This document shows, piece after piece, positions 40,961 to 56,560 of a stretch of 64,000 nt of DNA. The stretch's first letter is position 1. Each line of letters begins with the position of its first letter. This DNA comes from the human T2T-CHM13v2.0 reference genome, Homo sapiens, in NCBI RefSeq assembly GCF_009914755.1, contig NC_060928.1. One strand, 5' to 3'. The notes below the pieces were generated by a model, which worked only from the letters and a program-made list of their open reading frames with translations, made no database searches and had not been told where the DNA came from. Position numbers and translations under genes: made by a program.

Positions 40961-42544
40961 AAGCATATTTAGTTCAAAATTGTGCACATTTGCTGAAGAC
41001 TTTAGGGAAATATTCCACTTTAGTTTAAAACAACAACCTAAAGGAACAATAAAGCTTTACGTGTATTATATTACATTTTAATCTAGAGCTACTGGACATC
41101 TTTGGTGTAAATTACTATTCTGTACAACATAGAGATAAAATCTGCTAGAAGCAATATTGAACAGTAGCAAAAAGGGAAAAATGTTATTGCCCCTTTGCAA
41201 AAACAAAAGACACTGCTTTCCATTTTGGCTTAACTGCATGAACAATTTATATTATCTTTAGGTTTTTACATTTAATTATGATAATTATAACGGCACTACA
41301 CATGCTGAAATAGTTAAGGGCTTGCCACACTTCCAACAGAAACTATCACTTTCAAGGGTTTATCTCCTGTCACAAGAGATTTGTTGTGCACTATAACCCA
41401 CTGCACACCATTGCAAAATGGAACACTGGAAAACAAAGATTTTGTTCTGTAACTCAATAGCATCCCTAATACACTGAGAAGAAAATGTGCCCATAACTTT
41501 TGAGTAGCTACTTTTAGATATTTAGATGAAATATAAGATGCTAGTTTAAAAACGGAATCCTCTCTTTGTCATTTGGAGTGCTGATTTCAAATGGACGTTA
41601 TAGGAATGCTACCCCACACCAGTTAAAGAGTATCGGTCATATTGACCAGACAATGTAAAGAATCCCATGTAGACAGGTTTGGGAGAACCTCACCCAGGGT
41701 TTTATTACTGATGATGGAAATAAAAGTTCATTTTTTTAAATCCAGAAAATTTGCCTAGATCTCCAAAATATTCCGGAGGAAGTGTTATTAATTGTTGCTG
41801 CTTATGATTTTAGATAGCTGAATTGTGGCCAGTGAGCAAGTCTGACTGCTCTTGGCCAATAAACCTCCCACAGTTGGTTTCAATCTAAGTTTTGTAATTT
41901 CTAAAGATAAGCATTAGGCAGCTTTACTCTTAAAAGAGCATAATTGGAGGTATCAAAGTTACTCAAAAAATTTATTGAAAAATGTAACGTGTATAATGTA
42001 TAAAAAGTAAGGAATTTATATTAGCCATTTTGAAACTTGTATAGTTGGTAGTCGACTATTTTCCTCATATAATAAATTGTTTTACTTTAATGTTCCCACC
42101 TTATCTTAAAATACTAACTAAAAAGTGTCGATAGGTATAAACATCTGAGGATAAATAAAGTTAATATTGACATTAGATCAACTATTGAATTATATTTGCA
42201 CAGGCTTTAATCAATAATGTAATTTTTACTTGAATTATATATTGCTCATGATTTTATATAAAGCACACTCAATTTGATTTCTATATGTTTATGTGAGCAA
42301 AGAGAAAGGTGCGGAAGCATCTATGCCGAAGTATCAGTATTGATTATTGAAGATGGTGACGAGGAGAGTGAGGAGAGTTAACTTTCCCCCTCCACTTCTT
42401 TGTTTTGATGGATGATTAACGTGTTATTTTGGATATTACGACAAAACCCAAAAAACTGAAAATAAGATATTTAGATGAGTATGGAGGGAGAGAAATAATG
42501 TTGGTTGAACTTCTACTATGTGCCAGGCGTGACACTAGCTGCTG

Positions 42545-42598
42545 CTCTCTCTCTCTCTCTCTGTGTGTGTGCACATGTGTGTATGTGTCTGTCTGTGT
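42545..42598. repeat. (CT)n(GT)n microsatellite inside a MIR (about 42510-42720)
   Basis: Read directly; MIR core gatgaggaaactgagcctcag follows. Confidence 0.8.
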
Positions 42599-44694
42599 AT
42601 AACCTTACTTCATCACCCTCAGGTGTTAGTATATTTTTGAGATGAGGAAACTGAGCCTCAGGAATTCTCTTGCCTAAATTCACATACTCAGTAGGTGGTG
42701 AATCAATGTCCAAAGTCTACTGTGACTTTACTTCTTCAGGGTCACTCCCCTTTTTAGAAAATGGGTCAAGTATTTAACTTCAAAGCCAGAGACCAGGTTT
42801 TGGCCATCTGCCCCAGTGATATCATTGGACCATTCACACACTACTTCTGAGCTTCCTTTCCTTAAGAATTCTGAAGTATGGGTAACTATGCCAAGCTCCA
42901 GATGTAGTTGCAACGGGTGCGGAAACAATTGTTAGCACCTTGCTCAGTGCCTGGTGCCTCACAGACATCCAATAACTTTTCACGTGGAGTTATATAGTTT
43001 CTTTTTGTTTTTTTTTCAAGTTTGCAATTTGTTGTGAATCTGGATGGGCCTTTTATAGGGAATACCCCTGTTAAAGGTTATGGAATAATATCAGTTTTTC
43101 AGATTAAATGCCAGTTGAGGCACTAATTGGAAACAGCACACTTCATCCAACTCTAACACAATAAATAATCCTTACACTCCTGGTCAGTTGTACCTCTGAA
43201 GAGATATTTTAGGGGCAGTGCCTCTTCCTAGACAGAGGAAATACTGCCTCCTGAACAGTTTATTCAGTGTAGCAAGAACTGTGGGCTCGGTGCAACTATT
43301 CAAGATCTCCTTGCAAAGCTTTGAAAAAAGAAAAACCTGCTGCAGAGCAGGCACCTTTGAATGAGGCTTCCTCTCCGTGCTACTCGTTAAGCAGTAAATA
43401 ATTAAAACACCCTGAAAAAGACAGGTAAAATACAAGCAGCAATGTCAGTATCACAGACATGAAAGAGAAGGGGAAGAAAATGAATTGAAAAAAAAGAAGC
43501 AATGAAATAATTCATTTGAAGCTCTAATAAAGTTTCATTTGCAGTCTTGTTTAAAGATATATCAGACTTTAGGGATGTAACCCAATTACATTTTTATTCT
43601 AAATTCCATTCAAAGATCTTGGACTTTGATTCTTTAACATAGATCAAACATGGTATAATTTTCTTGTGGCTATCAATACTTAAAAAGGATCTCTTCATTA
43701 AATACTATAAGGTCTTATGAACATGTACACATAGTAGATGAAGAATAAACTGACATGCCCCAAAAAGTGACAATTAATTTATGTAGAAATAGGAATGCTA
43801 ATCCACTTCTTTAAGAAAGTTTCTAACTATCAAATTCACTTTCATTCAACTATAAAGTGACTCAGTTTCTAACACTGGTCTAGTTGGACGCACCTTCGAA
43901 AATGTTTACTAGGGTTGGCTTTCTAAATCCATTCTTGGAATTTACTCTGAAAAATGAAGTGTGCATATAGTGGCAGTGGGAAGTAGTTAGCCTCTAAATC
44001 ACACAGACATTAAAGAGGAGGTGCTTTCAAGAGACCTGCAGTTTGAGTGTTAGTGAAGGGTATATTACAATCATCAATGCTTTACACTTAGGAACTAGTT
44101 TGATTGGCTTTATTCCATGTTGTTACTAGGAAGCCTGAATGGAATAATGTGTTTGCTCTTCCAGGGAATCTTTTTGGAAAAATTTCCTCCAGAGGGACTT
44201 TTAAGATGCAAATTTGGAAGCAGTTTACAAATGGGGGAAATGAACAAGTAGGATTTATTTTTTGACTATGAAGAGAAAAAATGCTCCCAAGGAACTTGCT
44301 TAGTTGTACAAAAGGTGTAACGAGACTGGAAAGTACACTAGGATTTAACACCCAGATAGAGAAACCTACAGAGAGCTTTGGTCATGACTCAGCTGCAGCC
44401 ATTAGGAGTTCTTGCTGGAGTTTTTTGTTTGTTTGTGTTTTAATTTAATAAGATGTCCTTTATCAGTTTATGCCATTTTCTCTTGCAACACCCTGTACAT
44501 AAAGGAGGCTTTATTGTTAAAAATTTTTTAATATGATAGTAATTAAAATAGAAAATAAGAGTTATTTAAAACCAAAAATAACCATACTATGCTTGTCAAA
44601 ATCTATTGACAGCAAACAAAGATGTTATTATCTCATACATGAATACAATACCAGATTAAGAAAGGCAAAAGAAAATTTTCACATTCACTCTATT

Positions 44695-44803
44695 TAAGGT
44701 GACCAGCTCAAGTTTACCCAGGGCTTTCCTGGTTCTAGCAACCAAAAATCATGAGTCTTGAGAACCTCCTCAGTCCCAGGCAAATTAGGGTGACACTACC
44801 CTA
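44695..44803 (+). mobile_element. MER81 (hAT-Blackjack MITE)
   Basis: taaggtgaccagctc...cctcagtcccaggcaaa...acccta matches the recalled MER81 layout. Confidence 0.7.
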
Positions 44804-45294
44804 TAACTGACCCAAAATAACAAAAGATTTTGAAAATGTAATGCAATAAAGCAAAAAAAAGGATATTTAGCAAAAATAAAATGCAATATAAGTTTACTTA
44901 TTTTGAGGGCAAAAATATATTGGCATGAATGAAACAATACAGGAAAAATCTTAAGTATTGCTGACAACACCATTAATCACTCAAAATGTACTTATTTTGG
45001 TCAAGTTTCATTCTATTCTGTTATATATCCATGCATAATTTTTACACAGTTGTAAAGAATTGAATACAAATTTTCTACGTATCTAGATTATTTTATTAGA
45101 ACGACATTCCATATTATTTATTTTCATAATCATATTTTAAAAGGCTGTGCAATATTTTTGGGGGGATATACACTTTAATCATCTGTCTAGTGCTCAGGTA
45201 TTTAGATTACTTCTTTAAGTAATGTTTTTAACTATCTTAACATTTTTAGAACTGGAATTGATACATAAGGGAGTGTGGCAAATTTTATGATTGC

Positions 45295-45372
45295 TAGGTT
45301 GGCGCAAAAGTAATTGCAGTTCTTCAATTAAAAGTAGTGGTAAAAATTACAATTACTTTTGCACTAACCTAA
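45295..45372. mobile_element. MADE1 (Hsmar1-derived palindromic MITE)
   Basis: taggttggcgcaaaagtaattgc...caattacttttgcactaaccta, about 80 bp with terminal inverted repeats. Confidence 0.92.
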
Positions 45373-46487
45373 AACCACTTACCATATTACTTTCCAAAAC
45401 CATTTAAATGATTCACATCATCATGAGCAGCAATACACATGTGTTACTTTAAGAAATCGTGATTACTTTTTTGTCCCTATTATAAGAAGTGTTAAATGGT
45501 TCTTTATAATCATTCAATTTGATTTTTAGGAAGTTGGTTATTTTTCTATGTATTCATTACTTTCCATATTTCATCTTTGGTGAATTTTCTGTATTTTTGC
45601 CATTAAATTATAGTTGCCAACATTTTTCTTACCAATTGATGGATACATTAAAAGTTACTAAATCTGTATTATATATAATGCATATAAAGTTAATTTTTCT
45701 CTTTTTCCCTACCTCCTGCCCTATATCTGAATACTGATGCTGTCTCCTCTGCTGTAATGTCTGATAATCATCCTTTCTTTCAATTTATTCAGCCACATTC
45801 CAACCCATTCTCTTCACCAGTCTGAATGCCTCCTGTATCTTCCTTCTGCTTTTTATTTCCTCTGTTGTAGGTTACGTCACCCACATTTGTTGAACAGCCC
45901 AATTCATATGACAAAAAACCTGTTAGAAATCCGTCCAATCCTGTCTCTTCCCACTGACTCAGTTTGCTAATCTGTTTCTCCTCAACTTTGCTCTCCACAT
46001 CTATTAACCTTCACGGATTTAGTTTTCTTAAAAAACCATCCTTTATAATGCATAATCTGAATAGACTAAAATGGCATCAAGGATTAAGTAATGAGGGAGT
46101 TATGTGCTGGACCCACTGATAGAATGGGATACTCATTGAACACGACATGGGAAGCGTGGGCTAGGGTAGGGCTGAGGAGAGAAGGCCTGATAAAGGCAAA
46201 TGGCCAGAACTGTTGGCAAATGAAAGAGGACATTAAAAAGGAAATTTTTTTAAATTTATAATTTTTCCTGGGTGAGTCCTATATCAGAAGCCTTTTCTTA
46301 TCATACTTTTAATAAAATAAGACAAGAACAAAAAACTCAGAAGGTTGACTTTGTAAGGTCTCTGCTGAGCAAATCCTTGCATAAGGAGATGGTGTTGGGT
46401 AGTGGAAAAAAACAGTGAATCTAAGATCTAAAGACACAGGTTTCCATCCCGGCTCTGACATGTTTTAGTTGTCATTTAATTTTATTC

Positions 46488-46850
46488 AGCCTTAAAAAAG
46501 ATGAGAATTTTGCAATATGTGACTTGGATGAACCTTGGGACATAATATTAAATGAAATAAGCCAGTCACAGAAGGACAAATACTTCATGATTCCACTTAC
46601 TTGAGGTATCTAAAATAGTCAAACTCATAGAAGCAATGAATAGAATGGTAGTTGCCAGGGGCAGGAGGGAGGAGTTGATGGGAAGTTGCTAATCAATGAG
46701 TATAAAACTTCAGCTATGCAAGATGAATCAGTTCTACAGACCCTCTGTACAACTTTGTGCCTATAGATAATAATATTTATTGGGAACTTAAAAATCTTTT
46801 GAGGATAGATCTCATTAAGTATTCTTACCACAATAACATAAAAAAGAAAC
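46488..46850 (+). mobile_element. L1MA/L1MB 3' end inserted in a MIR
   Basis: gaaataagccagtcacagaaggacaaatac...gttgccaggggc...attcttaccacaata. Confidence 0.8.
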
Positions 46851-48424
46851 AAAATAACCTCTTAGTATCCTAGTTTCTGCTTCCTTAAAATGAGGATGAT
46901 ATGCATGCATGAAAAAAATACTCAGTCTCCATCAATATACTTTCTTATGTGTTACTGCCATTATGTAGCTTGTAGATACATCTGACTTGTTGTAAGTTTG
47001 TCTAAATGTTACCGTTAAATCAGTTTGAAAATCATGTGTAGAGATTGTTTGTGTTTATTTGTGTAGAGTATGATAGGGAGAGGGGAAAAGGGCCTGATAT
47101 GGATATTAGGAGCTCTGGATTCAAGTCTAGCACCGGCTGCTAACCTTATGGCCATGGCAAAATTGTTCAATTACAGTGCTTCAGCTTAATACTTATCTAT
47201 CAAATTAGGGTTTAGACTAGATTACTTTGAAGATCCAATATGACTCTAAAATTCATTTGTCTAAAAGAATTGAACATAAATTCTCAACCCAGTTTTAAAC
47301 AATTGAGGACTATTTTACAATTTGCTAAATCCATCTCCACATGTTATTCCATAGACACTAGGTTTTCCTGACCCTTAGTGCCACCCTTACAGCATCTCTT
47401 CTTGGACATCAATTTTTAGGGATCATAAGCACTTATGAACAATTAATCACCAGAGAACAATTCTTCCTTCTTCTATTTCCCACCCAAGCTACTGTTCTTC
47501 AAAGTGTTACCTCATTTGTATGCAGTGGCCCAGCATCAAAGTGGAACAATAGGGACAAGCAGAAAAGCCTTCATGCTCCCCGAGACAAAGAGAATATGTG
47601 CTGAGGAGACACTGCACACACAACAGTGATCTTACCACTTGGAAAGGCAATGGGGAAGTTATTAATGGAGCAAAGCTTCCCCACTCTGTATGTGTTTAAT
47701 GTTCTGAGGACAAAGATATGAAACTCTTGAACACAAGTGGAGTAGGTGGTTTCGTTTTTTAATCAAAGACACAAGTCCCAAAAAAGAATAGTTTAAAGTT
47801 TTGCTAGACTGCTTTGTGGTAGATTTGCATCCTCTACGTAGAACTACAGAGAGAACCTGGAGGACATAAACAATGGAGCAGAGAGATTACCAAGATAAAA
47901 TGTCAGGAGTTAAAGGGAAGAATGAGATATGATGAAGAGAGACGCTAAAGGAAGGTAAAGAGCAGACCAGGTGGGGAAGCATTGAATGGGTTCGCTAACA
48001 TGGAGCTTCTCACCCCTGCAGCCCTGGGCTTCCTATGCTGGTCTGCCTGAGGTCATTCACCAGTTTTACATGGGGATTCACTGAAATTGCTGCTTGTAGA
48101 CCTAACACTGGGTTACAACAGTATAGCTAACTCTTCCTAGCCCTGGAAGTGAAAAGAGAAAGCAGCATTTATACAGGCCCATGTGCCAAGCAGAGCACTA
48201 GACACTTTACTTATCACATTTAGTTTCAAAACAATTATCTGAAGGACTAGAATTTTTTTTCTAATAATTAAAGAGAGGTACAAAGAAGTTAATATTAGGC
48301 TCCTTCTCTGCTTTTCATAAAGTGACATTTTTCTCCCCCTAATTAGTAAATAATTTGACACACAGTTTTTAATTACTAATCATTCTTTTTTTATGACTGA
48401 TCTTTCAATAATCATTTAAGCTGC

Positions 48425-48615
48425 CATAGAAATCAGAGCTGGAGGTGAACTAAGAGCAGACAGCGTCTGCTCCAACTCCCTCATTTTAGAGCTGAGGGAA
48501 GCAAGATCTACGATGATTAAATAACTCACCTAGATTTACATAGTTAATTAGCTAATGGCAGTGTCAAAAGAGAGTCTAGGTTTACTACCCAGTCTAACAC
48601 ATTTTTCCACTGCTA
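48425..48615 (-). mobile_element. MIR
   Basis: ccctcattttagagctgagggaa...ttaaataactcacctag. Confidence 0.6.
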
Positions 48616-49696
48616 CACTTGAGTGATGCTCAAATGTCATTTTAAGTAACAAGGCCAAGATATACATTCAACATCTATCAACTCTCCTTAATTTAACCCC
48701 CATGTATGAATTTGCAGGTTTCTAATTTATTTTTATTCAATATTTGTGTCCTTTATTTTTAATATCCCTTACTGCCTAAAGACCATTCAATCCATGGTTA
48801 ATTAACATTCCCCCACCCAAAACATATTGTCTACCTCATTAATAGTGTTGTGATTAGATCCACAATAATTCTTTAATCTTCATGATTATCTTTTACCAGC
48901 TGTAAAAACCTAACCCTTTCAATAATTTGTAATTTAATGAGATTTCTAAAATTAGCTAGTTTTAAAAAATAATACTTAAAATAATTTTTAAAATTATAAC
49001 TAAACAATACATGCACAAAGTAACCAATCCTAACAGTGTGAAAAGGAATAATAAATCTCCCCATAATTTTGCATCATCAATGCCCTTCTCCAGAGGCTGT
49101 CCTGGTTAAGATTTTGTGTATTTGATGGGTTTTAAATCCTCTCAATAGCACTTACATCTCTATTAATTTTTAATAAAATGAAAGAGAAAATAAAATACCA
49201 CACTAAAAACTGATATGTCCTTTGCATTTCTTTTAGTTATTAAGGCTGTTTTTCTAATAAACTGGCAAATGTTATTCCATGACAAATAAGAAATTACAAT
49301 GAAATTTTGATCAATTTTGATGTGACATCTTTATGTTAAATATGTTTTTACCTTTTTTGGAGAACTGAATATTGTGATAATCAACCTCACTTCAAATGCC
49401 AAAAAATAAAGTGATATTTACAATGCAATAAAGAATGAGGTAAAAAGTAAAAACTCTAGAAAAAATTTTTATATGAGATATTAGTTTTTGAAAATCATCT
49501 TTTATTATTTTAGATAGTATTCAATTGATCACCATGCACATAATTGTTTTTTATGTGTAGAGCTTAAAATGAAGAAACATTAAATTTCTCATATATATTG
49601 AGTCATGCCACTCCACCATTGGTATATTTCTTTTTTTTATTTCTGAAATAACATCTTTGGTTACTTAAGGAAAAACATTGACACCACATTGAATAT

Positions 49697-49899
49697 TATA
49701 TTAGTTTCCTGGAGCTGTCATAAAAAAGCAGCACAAACTGGGTGGCTTAAACAACAAAAATTTATGGTCTCACAGTTCTGGAGGCTGAAAGTTCAAACTC
49801 AAGGCGTCAGGAGGGTTTATTCCTTCTGAGGTCACATTCATAAGTACTGGGGGTTAAGAGCTCAACATCTTTTAAGGGTTTACAATTCAACTCATAATA
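49697..49899 (-). mobile_element. MLT1 solo LTR with a large internal deletion
   Basis: Both termini are present (tatattagtttcc...aattcaactcataata) but span only about 200 bp; TSD aatat/aacat. Confidence 0.75.
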
Positions 49900-51624
49900 A
49901 ACATGGTTGAAAAAGTTCTCTAAACTGAGAAAACAAAAGTACCACCAATGTATAGGGTAGTAGTCCCATCTTACTTGTGGGGCTATAAGAGCTTCCAGCC
50001 CTCACATGAGAAGCAGGGCGAGGCATGGGGAGCATGTGGGACTCATGACAGGAGGCTGAGGGCTGGAGGTAGAAAGGCCCACCCCACCCAGCAAAGAGAT
50101 AACTAGAATCACAGACACGGTTACAAGTGAGGTGCACCTGGGAGCCCGTGCCCATGGTGAACCTGAGGTCAAAGCAGAGAGGAGACAGGGCCAAAGACAA
50201 GCCTTGTGTAGGGATAGTCATCAGAGGCTTCACAGCAGGAAGGCTTCATTTGAAAAAATGAAATCTGGCTTCTATGATTGGGCCTAATGCCCAGATGGCT
50301 GAATATTCCCCTCACACATAGAGGGCCTGGGCTTTGTGGGGTAGAATCCATCACTGGGAAAGCTGTCACAAGACACTGGGTTTGCTCCAGAAGCCAGAAA
50401 GTTCTCTGGTTTATGCACACTTCAGCCTGTTTCTTTTGTTTGTTTGTTTTCTGTTTTTTGTTTTTTGCTTTTTTTTAATGCCAATGGGAGCAGAGTTCAG
50501 CTCACATGGTTGAGTTTGGTGGTCTCCTTTAACTAGTGGGGGAGCTATTGGAAGAGACATAATATCAAGGATGAAGTCTGATGTCTGGCAGATGGTGGAT
50601 TCACAAATATGGAGTACATAGAGGGATACGGAAGGGAAAGTACAAGAGAAGGAAACCAGACTGACAACAGCAATGATGATGAAGGGGCTCAGAAGTTTAT
50701 TAGTCAAACTTCCAGGTAGATGAGTAGAGCAGAGCCAAAAACTCTACCCTAAACTACTAGTTCACAGTGACTATGCTGATGCCTAGAGGTTTGTCCTGAT
50801 CAGTTCCGAAATGTGTTGCAAGGATTTTCTTATAGCAATAAACAACCAAAGTTTTTGAATGATTTACTTTTTAAAATATATAATGTTGATTTATCATTAT
50901 CCACTTAAAAAATGTTAATTACTCTTGTTTGTTTGATTTCCAATGTGCTTTCTAGGTGGGGGAGAAAGGCTATAGAGCTATAGGTAGCACATAACCTTCA
51001 GCCTATTTTACTTTGACCGTAGCCAATAATTAGTGATGGTGTTTACTTCTGCTTTGGGGGACAGTGTTTGTCTTAATCTCAGAATTCTCATAGGAATATT
51101 ATCTAAGTCAATGCAGACAAACATATTTGTTGCTGTGACAGAAAATGTTGAAACCATCACCATCATGTACAACATCAAGGCTCTGACGCTGGGCAGCTGG
51201 GAGATAAAACACAGGATATTAGAAGCCCACAGACATTGGGTGGTGACAAGGATTACAGGGACTTTTGATGTTGATATTACTCCTTGGCCTGGGCAGATAC
51301 TGGTGTGCTTTTAGGTCACCAAATATTTCTGCAGACAGAACCATGCTGAGGCACAGCCAGAGCACGAGTGTCTTGGGACATACAAGTCTTTCTGAAGCAG
51401 TTCTTCAGCAATGGAGCCTCTTTGGGGAATGCTCACAGACATTTAGAAGATGTTTCTAGTTGTATGGAATTATTGCCTGGGATATGGCTCAAGTGGAACT
51501 GGGTGAGAGATGCTTTCAGGGTAGATTATCTTGGGGAAAGCAGTTCAGGCACCCCTGATGTCTAAGTGGATACTGTAAGGACTCTGTTAAGTATCTTTAT
51601 GTGACTGAGTTTCTGAGATGTCTG

Positions 51625-54375
<2,751 letters not shown>

Positions 54376-54441
54376 GTCTGTATGCTGTGTTCAGTGTTGA
54401 CAACCGTAACTATTGTGCCTACTCCTTTGATACCTCTGTTG

Positions 54442-54797
54442 TTCTTTTTTTCCCCCAACTTTTAAGTTCAGTGGTACCATGTGCAGGATGTGCAGGTTTG
54501 CTACATAAGTAAAAGCATGCCATGGTGGTTTACTGTACAGATCATCCCATAGCCCAGGTATTAAGCTCAGCATCCATTAGCTATTCTTCCTGCTGCTATC
54601 CCCCAAACAGTGAGTGTTGTTCCCCATGGTGTGTCCATGTGTTCTCATCAGTCAGCTCCCACTTATAAGTGAGAACATATGGTATTTGGTTTCCTGTTCC
54701 TGCATTAGTATGCTGAGGATAATGACTTCCAACTCTATCTATGTCCCTGCAAGGGACATGATCTTGTTCCTTTTTATGGCTTCATAGTATTCCATGG
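54442..54797 (-). mobile_element. Older L1PA (about PA8-PA13) 3' end
   Basis: acttttaagttcag...catgtgcaggatgtgcaggtttg...catagtattccatgg; TSD gatacctctgtt / gacacctctgtt. Confidence 0.85.
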
Positions 54798-55699
54798 ACA
54801 CCTCTGTTTTATTGGCTGGCTCTTCTTCACACTGAGTTACTGAGTTAGCCTGGCAGGAGCTTCCAAGAAACTTGAGTGAAGGAAATTAGGAATGCAGGAC
54901 TGAACCAGGGAGCTCACTTTTTGAGTAGTGGATCCCAATCCCAAGATCCATGACAAGGTATTGAGTCTTTGGTCCAGAAGGAAACACTAGGAAACTGTGT
55001 CAGTTAAGAGGTCTATTATTTCCTTCTGGGTTTAGTCTTCCTTGAGGGGACTTCCTCTCTCCTTCATTCTTCACTTCTCATCAAGGGAAGAGGCAGGACA
55101 TATCCGACTGGTGAAATTCTTTACTTTCATCTTCTCTGGACTCAGTTCTCAAGGAGGGTGATCTTTGAACTCTATGAGGAAGCTCACAGGAGCAAGCAGT
55201 GAGCCTGTACGAGAGCCTGAACTTGCCCAGTCTGCCAGTAGCTAGGTGGTTAAGATTAATTCTGGGGGAGAATAGAGACTCTGATTAGAACAGATTAAAG
55301 CTCTATTCTCTAATCAACCTTAACAATTATGATCTGTCTGACTCCTTTGTTTCTTATGAATTTGTTTTATACTTGGAGCAGAGAGGATATAATTATCCCT
55401 CAATAAACCCCATCATTTTCCCTTGTGCTTTGTTCAATTGTTTTTGTTTTGAAGGTCTTTCTCATCTAAAATTGCATAAATATTAGCCCATATTTTCTAC
55501 TTGTTTTTTTAATAGTGTATTTATAAAAGTTTCTCAAAAAATTTATTTTTAAAATAAGATAGAGAAGTAATCAACATTACTGTACAATAGTAAATATTAA
55601 AAATGCAGATAAAAATTAAAATCATACTTAAATTTTATACTGTGTAGCTTCTACTGCCAAAATTACTAATGTGCGATTTTTTGCAAACTTAACTTTATG

Positions 55700-56560
55700 T
55701 TTAATTGATTTAATTGTTTACTGTCAATTTTTTTACAGCAGGATTTCTCTATTCTTGAACTTTTAATTTTGACTTATCTTTTGTTGGGCTCCAGAATATG
55801 ATATACAGAAACTGTATTCATAATGCAGTTTCTGAACCTTGCATATCTAAGAATGTTTTCCAGTTGTTTCACCCAGGAACCAGAAGTTTGCTCTATAGCC
55901 CTCAATTCTCAACTGTACAGCATTTCAACTCTCTTTTCTCTCCCCTCAAACTTTGTAGACTCTACTTCTTTTTACCTTCTGGCATTTATTGTTGCAAAGG
56001 AGAAAGCTGAATACTTGTTTAATTTTTAGTCCAATGCAGGTGATCTGTGTTTTCTCCTTGGATACAGGTAGGAGTCTCTCTCTATTTGAATATTCAAAAT
56101 ATTCCCAATGATTTTTCTAGCTATGAATATCTCCTTATTAATTGTGACTAGAGCATGAAAAGCTATTTTAATGTGCATATTCAGAATTTTAGGGTGTGTG
56201 AGGAACAAGAAAGCATTCTTAAAATACATTTGATTATTGTCTCATTTCCAATTATTGTGTATTCTTCCTCAGGAACTTCCATATTTGTCGTCTTCTCTCA
56301 TTGTTTTCATTTCTTAGTCCTTCCCCTGCAATTTGAGATCGTTATTCAAGTTTGTCCTCAGCATCATGGACTCAGTTTTTCATTGTGTCAATTTCACTCT
56401 TTTTCTACTCTGTACCTTAATTCTCCCAGGACATTGTATTGAATGCCTTCCTGATTTTATCTGGTGCTCATTCTCATATCATCTGGTTCTATCCTTATGA
56501 CTTTCTAGTTTCTACTTTTGTCTTTATGAAGATACGAAGCAGTTTTCTAAAACTACCACT
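55700..56560 (-). mobile_element. Ancient L1M/HAL1 ORF1-like remnant
   Basis: T-rich strand with gattattgtctcatttcc...ttcttcctcaggaacttcc, resembling antisense L1 ORF1; very decayed. Confidence 0.4.
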
